Source: Candidatus Doudnabacteria bacterium
GTDB lineage: Bacteria > Patescibacteriota > Doudnabacteria > UBA920 > O2-02-FULL-48-8
Assembly (NCBI GenBank): GCA_019659055.1
Contig: JAIFWV010000002.1
Span: forward strand, 26,047-90,046
DNA: 64,000 bases
Direction: 5' to 3'
Shown here: in pieces, positions 46,399 through 56,124 of the stretch
Layout: each line of letters starts with the position of its first letter
How positions within the stretch are numbered: the stretch's first letter is position 1
Translations under genes and position numbers: made by a program
The notes under the pieces: model-generated
Told to the model about the DNA's origin: nothing
Databases searched by the model: none
Seen by the model: only the letters and a program-made list of their open reading frames with translations

Positions 46399-48528
46399 CT
46401 ATAAAGCGCCGATCTCGAGAGTCTTGTCATGTTTGTTGGCGCGTACAAGATCTTTGAGATTCAATCCCATTGAGCGGAAAATATTCATATTGAGAATCGG
46501 GAAGCGCTTACCTTGGCTTATGAGCGAAACAGTCTGCCCATCCTGGACTATGCTCCCGTCTGGATGCGCCCGATCAATGCTGTCAATTACTGCGCCAGTG
46601 TCGACGATGGTTAGATCATTTTTTACTAAATTAGAAAACTTATATCCCAAACCAAGGAAAACCTTGTCAGATACAAATCCATATTTTTTGGCTTTGTACA
46701 CCAGGTACACGGTGCGGCCATCATTTGAATCCAAGACCAACGATCCATCCTGGAAAGTATTTGCCCCGAGAACCTTACCTGGATTTTCTGTCACAGGCAA
46801 GATAGTTACTGCTGGCGAACCGCCGCCGCCGGAAGGCGCTGGAGTTGGTTCTGGATCGGGTTTGGGAGCTGGAACTATATGTTCAGGATTCTCGGGAGTG
46901 AATAATTGGTCAACGCTCCCGTCCCCATCATAATCGGCAGCCATTTCGGTCAGGCCATCGGCCAGAATTATAGATCCCTGGAATTTTTCGGTCACCGGAA
47001 TATTTTCATAAATTTGAAAAAGCTGGGCATCTGATCCGCTCACATCATATTCTTTAAAAGTAAAATTACCTTCTCCTGTGCCTTGCAGTTTAACGGTATA
47101 TGTTTGGCCTTGATCCTGTGGGACGTACACATATTTATGGTCACCAAAAATTTCCATATCCGATCCAGGAATACCGTTCTCGACGCTCCCATTCTCTGCT
47201 AGACCTGTCCGATGTCCCTCGGCATCCGTTACCTCGATATTGACAGGACTAAGTATGTGCCACCACTTACCTTTCAAATCACAGACTTTTTGATTCTCAT
47301 TAAAAGCATCCTCGTCGAGCACGGCATTGCCGGTATCCAGTTGGCTCCCAGAAATGAGGTTTACTATATGCTGGCGGATGCCATCTGCGGACAAAAGCTG
47401 GCCGTGGCTGGTTTTGAGCGCCCAATATAAATGATTGGCTGGCACAATAATGCCGCCGGAGCTATCTGTCGGTACAGTGCCGTCCCCGGTGATCAATTTG
47501 GGAAAATCAAAAGCCGGTTCAGAAAATTTACTAATCGTTTCTGTAATACCACCCAATGTGGCCGTAGCACAGCCATTGATCGTGTACAGGTCAGCATATG
47601 TTTTGTAGGGTACCGAAAAAGAATCGAGAGTCCCATGGTAAACTTCACTGGCGGCCAACGCTTTGTCATTAATCAAATTTAGTTTTTTAAATTCAGCAAT
47701 TGCCTGGTCATAAGTTGGCTGGCTATCCACTTCCTCAGGTGTACTCGCAAGCGGGTTATGGATCTTGAGAAATGATCCCTCGTAATAATTCCGGGTTGGT
47801 GCAAGATCGTAAAGAACCGGCATATTCTGGGCCAGCTTTTTCATTTCCTTGGGATTTAATCCCGGCACATCGAAATTATCGCCCTCGATAATGACTTTGT
47901 AGGCTTTGGGTGCTCCCGAGTTGGGAACTCCAACCATAACCGTCTTTCCCAGTTTGCTATTGAGTTTATTTGTATATAGGTATTGCTTTACTAGAAGACC
48001 TCCGGTGGAGTGAGCGACGATATTTACCTTGCCAGCCGCCTTGCCACTTTCGGTCTGAGTAAGAATGTAATCTATCTGGCCTTGGAAAGCATTGAGATTT
48101 ACCAAATTACCTTCGGCATCCACACCCGAAATCCCATATCTCCAATCATATGGAAACGTAAATAGATCTTGACCCTCTAGATATCCCTGCTTCACAAACT
48201 CATTTATAAGACCATCAGTGTAATCAAGACCGTGTCCAAGGAATGTTGTTTTTCTAATTACTTCGCTTGTTAAGATATCGTTGTCGGTAGGTTGAAGATC
48301 TTCACTAAACGACAATGGATCCATAAAACTATCGGGTAAAATAGTCATTTTGGAGTTAGCCCAGAGCAGGTCATCTCCTTTTTTTAAGTTTGTTCCTAGA
48401 ACACCCGGTACAATTAAGACTGGAGTTTTTAAACTGGTCATTGACCCTTGAGCTCGCGGGTACCAAAAAGGAGCTATCAAAAATATTATAATTCCAATCG
48501 TAAGAGATTTAAACCCAGTCAAAAACAT
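46399..48528 (-). CDS. Secreted alpha/beta-hydrolase (LCAT/PGAP1-like lipase) with C-terminal surface repeats
   Basis: VPGVLG, PYDWR, AHSTGG, GVPNSG, GDGTVP; P-rich linker; DG.LV..TVYL repeats. Confidence 0.85.
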   Translation of the reverse strand: MFLTGFKSLTIGIIIFLIAPFWYPRAQGSMTSLKTPVLIVPGVLGTNLKKGDDLLWANSKMTILPDSFMDPLSFSEDLQPTDNDILTSEVIRKTTFLGHGLDYTDGLINEFVKQGYLEGQDLFTFPYDWRYGISGVDAEGNLVNLNAFQGQIDYILTQTESGKAAGKVNIVAHSTGGLLVKQYLYTNKLNSKLGKTVMVGVPNSGAPKAYKVIIEGDNFDVPGLNPKEMKKLAQNMPVLYDLAPTRNYYEGSFLKIHNPLASTPEEVDSQPTYDQAIAEFKKLNLINDKALAASEVYHGTLDSFSVPYKTYADLYTINGCATATLGGITETISKFSEPAFDFPKLITGDGTVPTDSSGGIIVPANHLYWALKTSHGQLLSADGIRQHIVNLISGSQLDTGNAVLDEDAFNENQKVCDLKGKWWHILSPVNIEVTDAEGHRTGLAENGSVENGIPGSDMEIFGDHKYVYVPQDQGQTYTVKLQGTGEGNFTFKEYDVSGSDAQLFQIYENIPVTEKFQGSIILADGLTEMAADYDGDGSVDQLFTPENPEHIVPAPKPDPEPTPAPSGGGGSPAVTILPVTENPGKVLGANTFQDGSLVLDSNDGRTVYLVYKAKKYGFVSDKVFLGLGYKFSNLVKNDLTIVDTGAVIDSIDRAHPDGSIVQDGQTVSLISQGKRFPILNMNIFRSMGLNLKDLVRANKHDKTLEIGAL

Positions 48529-48532
48529 AAAT

Positions 48533-48829
48533 TTAGAGAATAAAATCGGCGCGAACCCATGAATAAGCTAAATAAAAGTATATTGATAACAAAATGATCA
48601 GAAATAAAGAAAGTGCTTGCCAAAAATATCTAATTTTTATATTTTCGGAATTACGAGATCCAAAGAAAATAAGCGCGCTGAAAATTATAGCGACTATAAT
48701 CAACCCAAGTTTAATAGCATTTCCATAGCCCGAAATTCCGGCACCTGCATGAGGGTAAACGTAGTTATATACCGGTATCAGCGCGAGTGCTAAAACAGCG
48801 ATAAGCATCAAGTATAAATTCTTTTTCAT
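48533..48829 (-). CDS. Small 3-TM membrane protein
   Basis: Hydrophobic ORF with own promoter. Confidence 0.65.
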   Translation of the reverse strand: MKKNLYLMLIAVLALALIPVYNYVYPHAGAGISGYGNAIKLGLIIVAIIFSALIFFGSRNSENIKIRYFWQALSLFLIILLSIYFYLAYSWVRADFIL

Positions 48830-48924
48830 ATTTGTATTTTAATTAATTGCAAAATATACCTATTGCTTACGTTTGTCAAACTTTCAAGAAATTTAAAAAA
48901 ATAGCCTTGACTATTATCGTAAGG

Positions 48925-49254
48925 CTAGCCGATGCGGTTTCTAATTGCTATAGCCATATAAATTAACAATAGACAATTGAAGCTTAATAAAAAAATAAAC
49001 CAACGGAACCACTTTACTCCAACGAAGTAAGCTTTCATATTATTTGCAATAAAGATCAGCCCAATCAGCTGGATGACCAAAACCACAAACGTCATCAAAA
49101 TATGCCCACTATCAGTAATTCGATTGACCCTTAACAAATTATGGTTTGGATTTAGTAACTGATAATCATAACTTGAAACAGGGCCCCAGATAAGCTCGGG
49201 TATCAAAAACATCGCTAAGCCTATTGCAAACCAGATCTTTTGTTTTGTTGTCAT
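48925..49254 (-). CDS. Small 3-TM membrane protein
   Basis: Hydrophobic ORF with own promoter. Confidence 0.65.
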   Translation of the reverse strand: MTTKQKIWFAIGLAMFLIPELIWGPVSSYDYQLLNPNHNLLRVNRITDSGHILMTFVVLVIQLIGLIFIANNMKAYFVGVKWFRWFIFLLSFNCLLLIYMAIAIRNRIG

Positions 49255-49313
49255 ACGTTAATTTAATTGATTATAAAGTAATAGCGATTGCTCAGGCTTG
49301 TCAAATTTTTAGT

Positions 49314-49342
49314 CTTATAGGCTAATTCGTGCGAATTAGCCT
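49314..49342. repeat. Palindromic site copy 3
   Basis: cttataggctaattcgtgcgaattag identical to 46087-46112; extends to 11-bp arms aggctaattcg-tg-cgaattagcct. Confidence 0.85.
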
Positions 49343-49363
49343 CAGATTAAGCGCGGGTAGTTT

Positions 49364-49849
49364 TTAGAAAAGTTTTATCAAGAAGTATATGAACATAGTG
49401 GTGCCGATGAGGAGTTTGAACAACGAACCTATGACCAGGCCGAGCATGGAGGCCCATGCGACTTTGAGCGCATGTTCCCTGGAGGCGTTGTTCAGAATCT
49501 CCCCGATGTAGGCTCCCACAAACGGTCCAAACAATATCCCGAGCGGGCCGAGAAAAAATATTCCGGCGAATCCTCCAATGGTAGCCCCAAGTATTCCAAA
49601 TCGCGAGGCCTTGCCGCCGCCAGCGGCCATAATAGCTGGTGCAAACAGATCCACAAGCATCGTAAGCCCGATGAGAATTCCAAATACCACAAGACCCCAA
49701 ACGCCCACATAGGCAAAATGCGTGTACCAAGCAAAGAGCAGGAGCCCCAGCCACGCCACAGGCAATCCGGGAAGGAGCGGCAACACGGCCCCGAGAGTGC
49801 CCATGATTATGAGAAAACCAGAGATTAGATTGATAGCAAGGTTATTCAT
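49364..49849 (-). CDS. DUF456 family membrane protein
   Basis: LP.LPG.P, GA.IG..G..GPF.GA.IGE. Confidence 0.85.
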   Translation of the reverse strand: MNNLAINLISGFLIIMGTLGAVLPLLPGLPVAWLGLLLFAWYTHFAYVGVWGLVVFGILIGLTMLVDLFAPAIMAAGGGKASRFGILGATIGGFAGIFFLGPLGILFGPFVGAYIGEILNNASREHALKVAWASMLGLVIGSLFKLLIGTTMFIYFLIKLF

Positions 49850-49914
49850 AAGTTTAGTTTAGCAATAAAAAAAGGCGAGTGCATAGTAACACTCGCCCTA
49901 GTACTTGCCGACAC

Positions 49915-50397
49915 CTAGAAGTAGACGGAACCGATGAGGATCGCGATGGTCACCATGAGGCGGCCAGCTGTGACCAGGACTCCCTGAGGAGCCTGTGTCT
50001 TGATGGGATCGGAGATGTCTTCGTCTTCGGGAGGAATCTCGACCACCTGCCGCGAGATGAAAGCCATGAACCATGAGCGATCCTCGTTGTTGAGGCGATC
50101 CCACTCGATCCAGCACAGACGCACGCTTTCGCTCTTGATCATGAGCATCTCGGCTATGTGCGGCTGAATCTTTCTAGCCACAAGGATATCTCGGATTTCC
50201 TGAGCCCGGATGGGCCGCTGGGCTGCTGCGTACGCTGCGACCAACATGAGACATCCATCGTCCTCATCTGAATGCGCGTTGTTATTGATCCACTGCCCCA
50301 CCAGGATCCGGTCTCCGCGCGACACGATGCCCTCGTACACGGAGCGACGCAATTCCGGCGGAATCTCTTGCGTGAATGTGCGCAACAAGTTCTGCAT
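49915..50397 (-). CDS. Hypothetical protein with C-terminal TM
   Basis: AGGAGG RBS before MQNLL; TTGACC-17-TATGCT promoter. Confidence 0.6.
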   Translation of the reverse strand: MQNLLRTFTQEIPPELRRSVYEGIVSRGDRILVGQWINNNAHSDEDDGCLMLVAAYAAAQRPIRAQEIRDILVARKIQPHIAEMLMIKSESVRLCWIEWDRLNNEDRSWFMAFISRQVVEIPPEDEDISDPIKTQAPQGVLVTAGRLMVTIAILIGSVYF

Positions 50398-50459
50398 TTG
50401 TCCTCCTGACCGAGTTGTCGAATAGAGCAAGCATACCAATTGCCGCAGGCGAGGTCAAA

Positions 50460-50987
50460 TCACCGAAACGAGTAGTTCCTGAGTTCGTTTTTGATTTCTC
50501 GATAGTTTGGGATTGTTTCCGCGACCAATGCCCAAAATTTCTTTGAGTGATTGAATTCCTTGAGATGACAAAGCTCGTGGACGATGATGTAGTCGGCCTG
50601 CACCAGCGGCAGTTCGACTATTTTGTGGTTGAAATTGAGATTCTTACGAGCCGAACAACTCCCCCACAAACTCTTGTGATTTTTGATGCTGACCTTGCCG
50701 TGAGTCAACCCATAGTGCTGATTATAATATTCGATACGGGACTTCACGAACGCCAAAGCTTCTGCCAGCGTCTTACTTCGCACCGGCCCCAGAGGCTGGA
50801 CTTCGCGGTTTTTATAATACTCCAATTTTTTCTGGATCCAAGCAGACTTACGGTCCACAAAATCTTGCGCCGCAGACCGGGGAGCCCGCACTGGTTTGGT
50901 CACCACCACTCGCCCATCCGGGTATAACGTAATCCGGATATGCCGAGCTTTGGTGCTTTGTTTTATTTCATATCGGATTGAAGACAT
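50460..50987 (-). CDS. YgjP/SprT-like (DUF45) metal-dependent hydrolase
   Basis: WGSCS, YIIVHELCHL..NHS..FW. Confidence 0.9.
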   Translation of the reverse strand: MSSIRYEIKQSTKARHIRITLYPDGRVVVTKPVRAPRSAAQDFVDRKSAWIQKKLEYYKNREVQPLGPVRSKTLAEALAFVKSRIEYYNQHYGLTHGKVSIKNHKSLWGSCSARKNLNFNHKIVELPLVQADYIIVHELCHLKEFNHSKKFWALVAETIPNYREIKNELRNYSFR

Positions 50988-51268
50988 TATTTGATAAATG
51001 CCAAACCCACGGCCACGCAGTGTTGGCAGAAATAATTTTTCTTGGAGGTGCAGGTGCATTTCCAGCGCAAGCCCTTGGGTGTGGATTCCAGATGCACAGT
51101 GCGTTTCTCATGGTGTCCTTGCTTCACCTGAGCAATATGGTTGTATGTGTTTGATTTCACAAGCGTAAACTCCCCGTCCTTGGCAATCCCTTTGCCATAG
51201 CGAAAGTTGGATCTGGTCGCCAGATCCTCCAAGGCGTCTTCGGAAATATATTCTCTAAGCGGCTTCAT
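50987..51268 (-). CDS. SWIM zinc-finger protein
   Basis: CTC..FCQHCVA. Confidence 0.82.
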   Translation of the reverse strand: MKPLREYISEDALEDLATRSNFRYGKGIAKDGEFTLVKSNTYNHIAQVKQGHHEKRTVHLESTPKGLRWKCTCTSKKNYFCQHCVAVGLAFIK

Positions 51269-52280
51269 TTGAGGCGTCTCTATTCTCGTTATCCAGTTCA
51301 GCTTGGTATTGTTTTTGTTGCGCTCTTTTTACGGTATCCACGTGTTGTTGGACCCTCTTCCAGAGTTCGGGATTTATTTCATTTATATCCATGCTCTCCA
51401 TGAGTCCCACCATTACCATTTGATTATATTCTTCGTTTACTTTGAAAAGCCCTTCCAACATGCTCTTGCCCAGTACTTCAGCGGCAAGTTCACGGAAATC
51501 TTCATTTGCTAAATTCTCCCCTTCTAATTTACCTCGAATTATAGCACCCCAGACTGTATCTCTCGATACTCCGGTTTCGTGTACAATCTTCTCTATTAAA
51601 GCTTCTACAAAAAACACAGGTATTTGATAAGGGCGGTTATTGGCGGGATCAAAATATCTTTTTATTTCGTTGCCGTTCTCAAATTCGGGATGAGATTTAA
51701 GGTAATCCCGGGTGACTTCCCGGGCCAGCAATTCTGTCACCCCTTCATCAAAAAGTGCGAATGCTCTGTCTCGTCTCTCCTCATCATTTGTTCTTTCAAA
51801 AGTTTCCAGACCATATCCCGCTTGTCTGAATAACATTCCGAATTCTTCGCCATTATCATATTCCAGAAATCCTTGGCAATTGAATTTAGAAACTGCGTGG
51901 ACCTCCTCGTGTATGAGAGTTTCTAAAAAAAACAATTTTTCGGAAACTCCATTATCCTTCCCATATGCTTCAATGACTTCTGGATTTAGGGTGATCATAT
52001 TTTGCATCATCATATATGTACCACCATCCTCCAGGTCACGAGAAGAAAAAATAATATCATCAGCGAACACCATATTTATACTCTCTGGCGCGACGTCTGT
52101 CTTTTTCAAAAGGCTGATAAAAGATGATTTTAGAGATTCAAAATCAACATCCCCAAGATAGCCCTCGAATTCCGGAGAGGATTCATGTAATTCTTTATAT
52201 TCAGGATTACCCTTCTGTATCCCTTGGTCTACTCCTTCCTCAAGCTCACCATTTAAACTGAAAAATTCTCTGCTTTTCAT
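51255..52280 (-). CDS. Acidic zincin-like metalloprotease
   Basis: HEEVH and downstream DEGVTE. Confidence 0.65.
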   Translation of the reverse strand: MKSREFFSLNGELEEGVDQGIQKGNPEYKELHESSPEFEGYLGDVDFESLKSSFISLLKKTDVAPESINMVFADDIIFSSRDLEDGGTYMMMQNMITLNPEVIEAYGKDNGVSEKLFFLETLIHEEVHAVSKFNCQGFLEYDNGEEFGMLFRQAGYGLETFERTNDEERRDRAFALFDEGVTELLAREVTRDYLKSHPEFENGNEIKRYFDPANNRPYQIPVFFVEALIEKIVHETGVSRDTVWGAIIRGKLEGENLANEDFRELAAEVLGKSMLEGLFKVNEEYNQMVMVGLMESMDINEINPELWKRVQQHVDTVKRAQQKQYQAELDNENRDASNEAA

Positions 52281-52292
52281 GGGTGGATTATA

Positions 52293-52535
52293 TCATTTTT
52301 TAATTAGTTTCAATTTTTCTGTCCGCGGAAGTTGTTTGATCCGATACTCTTCCCTGGAGGCATTGGCGCGGTTGCGGAATCTGCTCGAGAAGATCAGTCT
52401 CACCGGCCGGCGGGCGGAAGTATATCTGGCCCCAAGCTTGGACGAATTATGCTCGGCAATCCTGCGAGTAAGATCAGTGGTGATCCCCGTATAGAGTGTC
52501 CCGTCCTTACACTTGAGCATATAAACATAGTACAT
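52293..52535 (-). CDS. GIY-YIG nuclease (YhbQ/UPF0213-like)
   Basis: YVYML.C.D..LYTG.T..L.RR..HN..GA.YT..RRP..E..IK. Confidence 0.92.
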   Translation of the reverse strand: MYYVYMLKCKDGTLYTGITTDLTRRIAEHNSSKLGARYTSARRPVRLIFSSRFRNRANASREEYRIKQLPRTEKLKLIKK

Positions 52536-52593
52536 ATAGTAAGTATAACAAAAAGGCCTGACTGTTTGCACAGCAGGTCGTTGGGACAGTTTA

Positions 52594-53187
52594 CTAATCT
52601 AGTTTATCGGCGAAGACAACGAGCCTCTGCGTATAACTCTGGGCGGATTTATCCCAAATACCTTGGCAGGTAATCAGGTTCAAATGCGCTATGCCATCCG
52701 CCGAAGTAAATATTTCTGTAGCGTCTGCATCCGGCGCATAAATCCGGGATTCCCTCACCGCAAATGTGACGACTCCGCCTTGTCCGTCGTGGACCCGAAT
52801 CTGGTCGCCAGGTTTGAGATTATGTAAATTGGCAAACACGGCTGTGGTATTATTTTCTCCATCGACATGGCCGTCGATGACTGCACTACCAATTTCCCCT
52901 GGTCGCGGCCCCAAGCTATACCACGCGGTATCGTCTTGGTCGGCAGGTACATCCATGGACCCGTTTGGTAATATCCCTACTCGTTCGACTGCCGCATCCA
53001 CGCCGATGCTTGGAATGACAATTCGCGCTGGAGCAAGAAATTTCTCTTTGGCCGCGGCATCACTCCATGAGTAGTTAGTGGTAAACTTGATCTTGATGTT
53101 TGGCAAAAACAGCCAGCCGGTTACGGCAATTGCCGCAACCAAAAACCCAAATACTATCAAGCGGGTCTGCAAAAGTCTATTTCTCAC
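52594..53187 (-). CDS. Class F sortase
   Basis: IPSIGV, PGE.GSAVI.GHVD, LNLITC, R at C-terminus. Confidence 0.9.
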   Translation of the reverse strand: MRNRLLQTRLIVFGFLVAAIAVTGWLFLPNIKIKFTTNYSWSDAAAKEKFLAPARIVIPSIGVDAAVERVGILPNGSMDVPADQDDTAWYSLGPRPGEIGSAVIDGHVDGENNTTAVFANLHNLKPGDQIRVHDGQGGVVTFAVRESRIYAPDADATEIFTSADGIAHLNLITCQGIWDKSAQSYTQRLVVFADKLD

Positions 53188-54091
53188 TCGGTACTAGTTT
53201 GCGTGTTTTTATAAGGGCAAAGAGGATGATCGCACCCGTAATTGCAAGCATAGGCAATTGCCATGGGAGTGTGACAACTTGTGTCCCCAATCCTGTGCTG
53301 GGCAAAGTCGGGACCGGTGTAACTGCAGGACTTACTGGGGCCGGTGTAGGCGTTGGAGTTGGAGTTGGTGACGGGGTCGGAGTCACAGCTACCGCACATG
53401 TCGGCCGATTGATGGTATTGGTATCCAGAGTTACCGCGCCGTTGCGGGCCAGTAGTCGGCCGTTGATAAGCGCACCGTTTGTGGCGGTAACGGAAGTCAG
53501 AGCCAAGACACTGCCGGAAAAATTCGAATTAGTACCAAGGGTCGCGGACGAACCGACCTGCCAGAAAACATTGCAGGCTTGCGCGCCATTCACCAGATTT
53601 ACGGAACTCCCGGAAGCTGTGGTCAGAGACGACCCGGACTGGAATACGAATACCGAGTTTGGATTGCCTTGTCCATCCAAAGTCAGAGCGCCGGTAAGTC
53701 CAAGCGACGAAGCAGAATTATATACGCCCGAAACCAGAGTTTGTCCACCCAGATCTCCGGAAACCGTGACAGTGACCGATTGGCCAGCGGCGGCGTTGTA
53801 GGCAGTCGAAAGATCAACTTCGGCTTGAGCAGCGGCGCTATCGGTAATGTGCTGTGTACCGTTAATAGTGCCTGGTGGGAATCCCGTCACCGAAGTTCCT
53901 GGAGACAAACCCAAGTCACCATTTACGATAGTCGAACCTGTGTTTGTGATTGTCGTGGCCCCAAGAACGGCAAAGCTATTGCTCGATCCAAGGTTCAGCG
54001 CCGTGGCGGCCATAGCCTGTCCGGTATTGCCGAATGCAAACGTAAATGCAACCAAAACCATCAAAACCTTGATCATCTTTTTCATATCCAT
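53177..54091 (-). CDS. Ice-binding (DUF3494) protein with PT linker and LPSTG sorting signal
   Basis: Signal peptide; FAVLG..TNTG..GD.G.SPG, FVFQ, NVFWQVGSSATLG; LPSTG + TM + basic tail. Confidence 0.92.
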   Translation of the reverse strand: MDMKKMIKVLMVLVAFTFAFGNTGQAMAATALNLGSSNSFAVLGATTITNTGSTIVNGDLGLSPGTSVTGFPPGTINGTQHITDSAAAQAEVDLSTAYNAAAGQSVTVTVSGDLGGQTLVSGVYNSASSLGLTGALTLDGQGNPNSVFVFQSGSSLTTASGSSVNLVNGAQACNVFWQVGSSATLGTNSNFSGSVLALTSVTATNGALINGRLLARNGAVTLDTNTINRPTCAVAVTPTPSPTPTPTPTPAPVSPAVTPVPTLPSTGLGTQVVTLPWQLPMLAITGAIILFALIKTRKLVPSEK

Positions 54092-54197
54092 GCTTTTCTT
54101 TCGTTAATATGCTCTATAAAAAGCAAAAAACCGGACAATTCCGGTCAAAACATAGAATGGGTTCTTGAATGGATTTGGAAGCAGTTTGCTAAATGTA

Positions 54198-54271
54198 TAT
54201 TCATTATACTCCTAGTCGCGATTAAAAGCAAATCGATTAGGTGATCCCAATGGATGAGAGTATAATGAATA
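54198..54271. promoter_or_regulatory. Divergent promoter pair forming a 14-bp inverted repeat
   Basis: tattcattatactc ...46 bp... gagtataatgaata; each arm contains an outward TATAAT. Confidence 0.6.
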
Positions 54272-54313
54272 CAGTCAAAGGTCTAGGAAATGTATTAAAT
54301 AAGGAAAATTTTT

Positions 54314-54670
54314 ATGGATGCAAGTAATTCACCTAGCACCAAACCGCTGTATCGCGGCACCCAAATCGTGTGGTATGTCGTCGGGATCCTCGAAGCGCTC
54401 CTGGCTTTCCGCTTTGTGCTCAAACTTCTGGGCGCCAACCCAAACGCCGGATTCTCGAGCTTTATCTACTCCGTGAGCAAACCGTTTGCCGCGCCGTTTC
54501 TCAACGTCTTCAAAATAAGCAAAGTCGAAGGCAGTGTCCTCGAATGGACAACCCTGCTGGCGATGATTGTTTATTGGCTCATAGCGTTTGCCATTGCCAA
54601 GATGTTTGTCATGGGCAAAACCGTCTCCACCCCTGAAGCCGCAGTCAAACTCGACGACCAGGCCAAATAA
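54314..54670 (+). CDS. YggT family membrane protein
   Basis: RF.LKLLGAN..F..FIY..S.P..APF. Confidence 0.8.
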   Translation: MDASNSPSTKPLYRGTQIVWYVVGILEALLAFRFVLKLLGANPNAGFSSFIYSVSKPFAAPFLNVFKISKVEGSVLEWTTLLAMIVYWLIAFAIAKMFVMGKTVSTPEAAVKLDDQAK

Positions 54671-54759
54671 CTTTTCGTACAACTGTACGCAACAAAAAAA
54701 GCCCCTGCCACTTACGGCTGGGCTTTTTTTCTCTGCCCCTGACCCCTGGGCGCTGACCC

Positions 54760-55062
54760 CTATTCTATTATCTGATAAATTTCTCGTCGGCCTTCTACAT
54801 ACCAATCATTGTAGTTGGCCATTTCTTTCATAACTTCTTCGTCCATGTTTGGGTCTGGTTTCCCTGCCTTATAATCCTTCATGGTCTGCTCCCAGGCAGC
54901 CAGACTCTCTACTTCGGTCTCGATGACGACTGTGTGGTAAGGCCCAACCATATCGGTCATCACCCGCGCAGATTTATCGGACTTAAATGCTTTCTTCATG
55001 AGCTTGGCCATCTTGCCGGCATTCCCCGGCTTGGCCCTAAAAATTTCCCTAACTATGTACAT
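54760..55062 (-). CDS. NIPSNAP-like dimeric alpha/beta barrel protein
   Basis: VRE.F.AKPG..TD..G..T.V.E.E.ESL..GRREI. Confidence 0.65.
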   Translation of the reverse strand: MYIVREIFRAKPGNAGKMAKLMKKAFKSDKSARVMTDMVGPYHTVVIETEVESLAAWEQTMKDYKAGKPDPNMDEEVMKEMANYNDWYVEGRREIYQIIE

Positions 55063-55130
55063 ATATTTTCTCCTGTTAATTTAACTTTAAACTAGACCCA
55101 TTGCTAAGGCTTGTCAATTAGGCAAAATTA

Positions 55131-55157
55131 AACACCCGGGACGGGGTGTCGGGTGTT
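55131..55157. repeat. 27-bp ACCCCGT-core hairpin
   Basis: aacacccgggacggggtgtcgggtgtt. Confidence 0.85.
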
Positions 55158-55175
55158 CCTTCTTAGGAAATATAG

Positions 55176-55796
55176 TTATTTTTCGGCAACTCCCCAAATA
55201 TGAGGCCAAGGTAACAAAAAAAGTTTTTCTTTACCCTCTGTGATCGAAACATTCTTGAATCCTGTGGCTTGTATATATTTCGCGGTTTCGCGATTTATAT
55301 TGCAATTTCCAGCATACAGCCTATGAAAAGGATTCGCGGCATTCTGATATAAACGTAACAGGCTCCCTCGAGGTGCGGCTACGTGCTCTATAAATAAATA
55401 TCGACCCCCGGGTTTGAGCACTCGGAATATCTCTGCCAGCACTTTCTTTTGATCTAATACTGAACAAAGCACAAAAGTGGCAATAACAGCATCGCAGCTA
55501 TCCGATTCCAAGGGCAATTGTTCTGCCTGGCTATTTTTTATTTCGATGTTCGTAAGACCTTGCCTCTGTGCTTCTTTGATTAGTTCCTGATTGATAACCT
55601 CGTTTGGCTCGATACCAATCCAGTGTATTTCTTTTGGAAAATATTTAAAGTTCGTCCCAGCACCGGGACCGATCTCCAATACCTTACCAGACAATTGCGA
55701 AAAATATTTCTGCTTGAAACCCAAACTACGAGCGTCTTCTTCCTCGTCTTTCCACTTTTTTTGCAATCGGGAATAGAAATTCTTGTATATGCTCAA
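55176..55796 (-). CDS. Class I SAM methyltransferase (METTL7-like)
   Basis: VLEIGPGAG, VLCSV, RVLKPGG..IEH. Confidence 0.9.
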   Translation of the reverse strand: MSIYKNFYSRLQKKWKDEEEDARSLGFKQKYFSQLSGKVLEIGPGAGTNFKYFPKEIHWIGIEPNEVINQELIKEAQRQGLTNIEIKNSQAEQLPLESDSCDAVIATFVLCSVLDQKKVLAEIFRVLKPGGRYLFIEHVAAPRGSLLRLYQNAANPFHRLYAGNCNINRETAKYIQATGFKNVSITEGKEKLFLLPWPHIWGVAEK

Positions 55797-55797
55797 G

Positions 55798-56124
55798 CTA
55801 AACCTTCTTGTAGATTACACTTTGGCCTGTCTTACCTATCTGCACGAGCTTGCTGCGCTTTTCCAATTCATCCAAATAACTCTCAGCGCTCGTATTAGAC
55901 ACATGTAGCAGATGCTCTACTTTGTCGTTGGTAATCTCTTCCCCGGGATTAAAAATCGCCAGGATCTGGTCCATGTGTTTCTGCCGCTCCTCTGCCCGAC
56001 GTTCATTGAGCTCATTGAATTCCTGTTTCTTCTCGAGCCTCACCTGCCCACCCTTCCGCCCAATCACAAATCCAACAACCCCTCCGACCACAAACCCTAT
56101 AAACATATAAATTAACGTGTTCAT
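55798..56124 (-). CDS. TM-anchored winged-helix protein
   Basis: N-terminal TM; ITN..VE.LL.VS..SA..YLDELE..G..Y. Confidence 0.7.
   Translation of the reverse strand: MNTLIYMFIGFVVGGVVGFVIGRKGGQVRLEKKQEFNELNERRAEERQKHMDQILAIFNPGEEITNDKVEHLLHVSNTSAESYLDELEKRSKLVQIGKTGQSVIYKKV

Noticed and set aside
46087-49342. CRISPR array from the palindromic repeats
   Set aside because: Spacing of ~250 bp and ~2.9 kb containing genes; no cas genes
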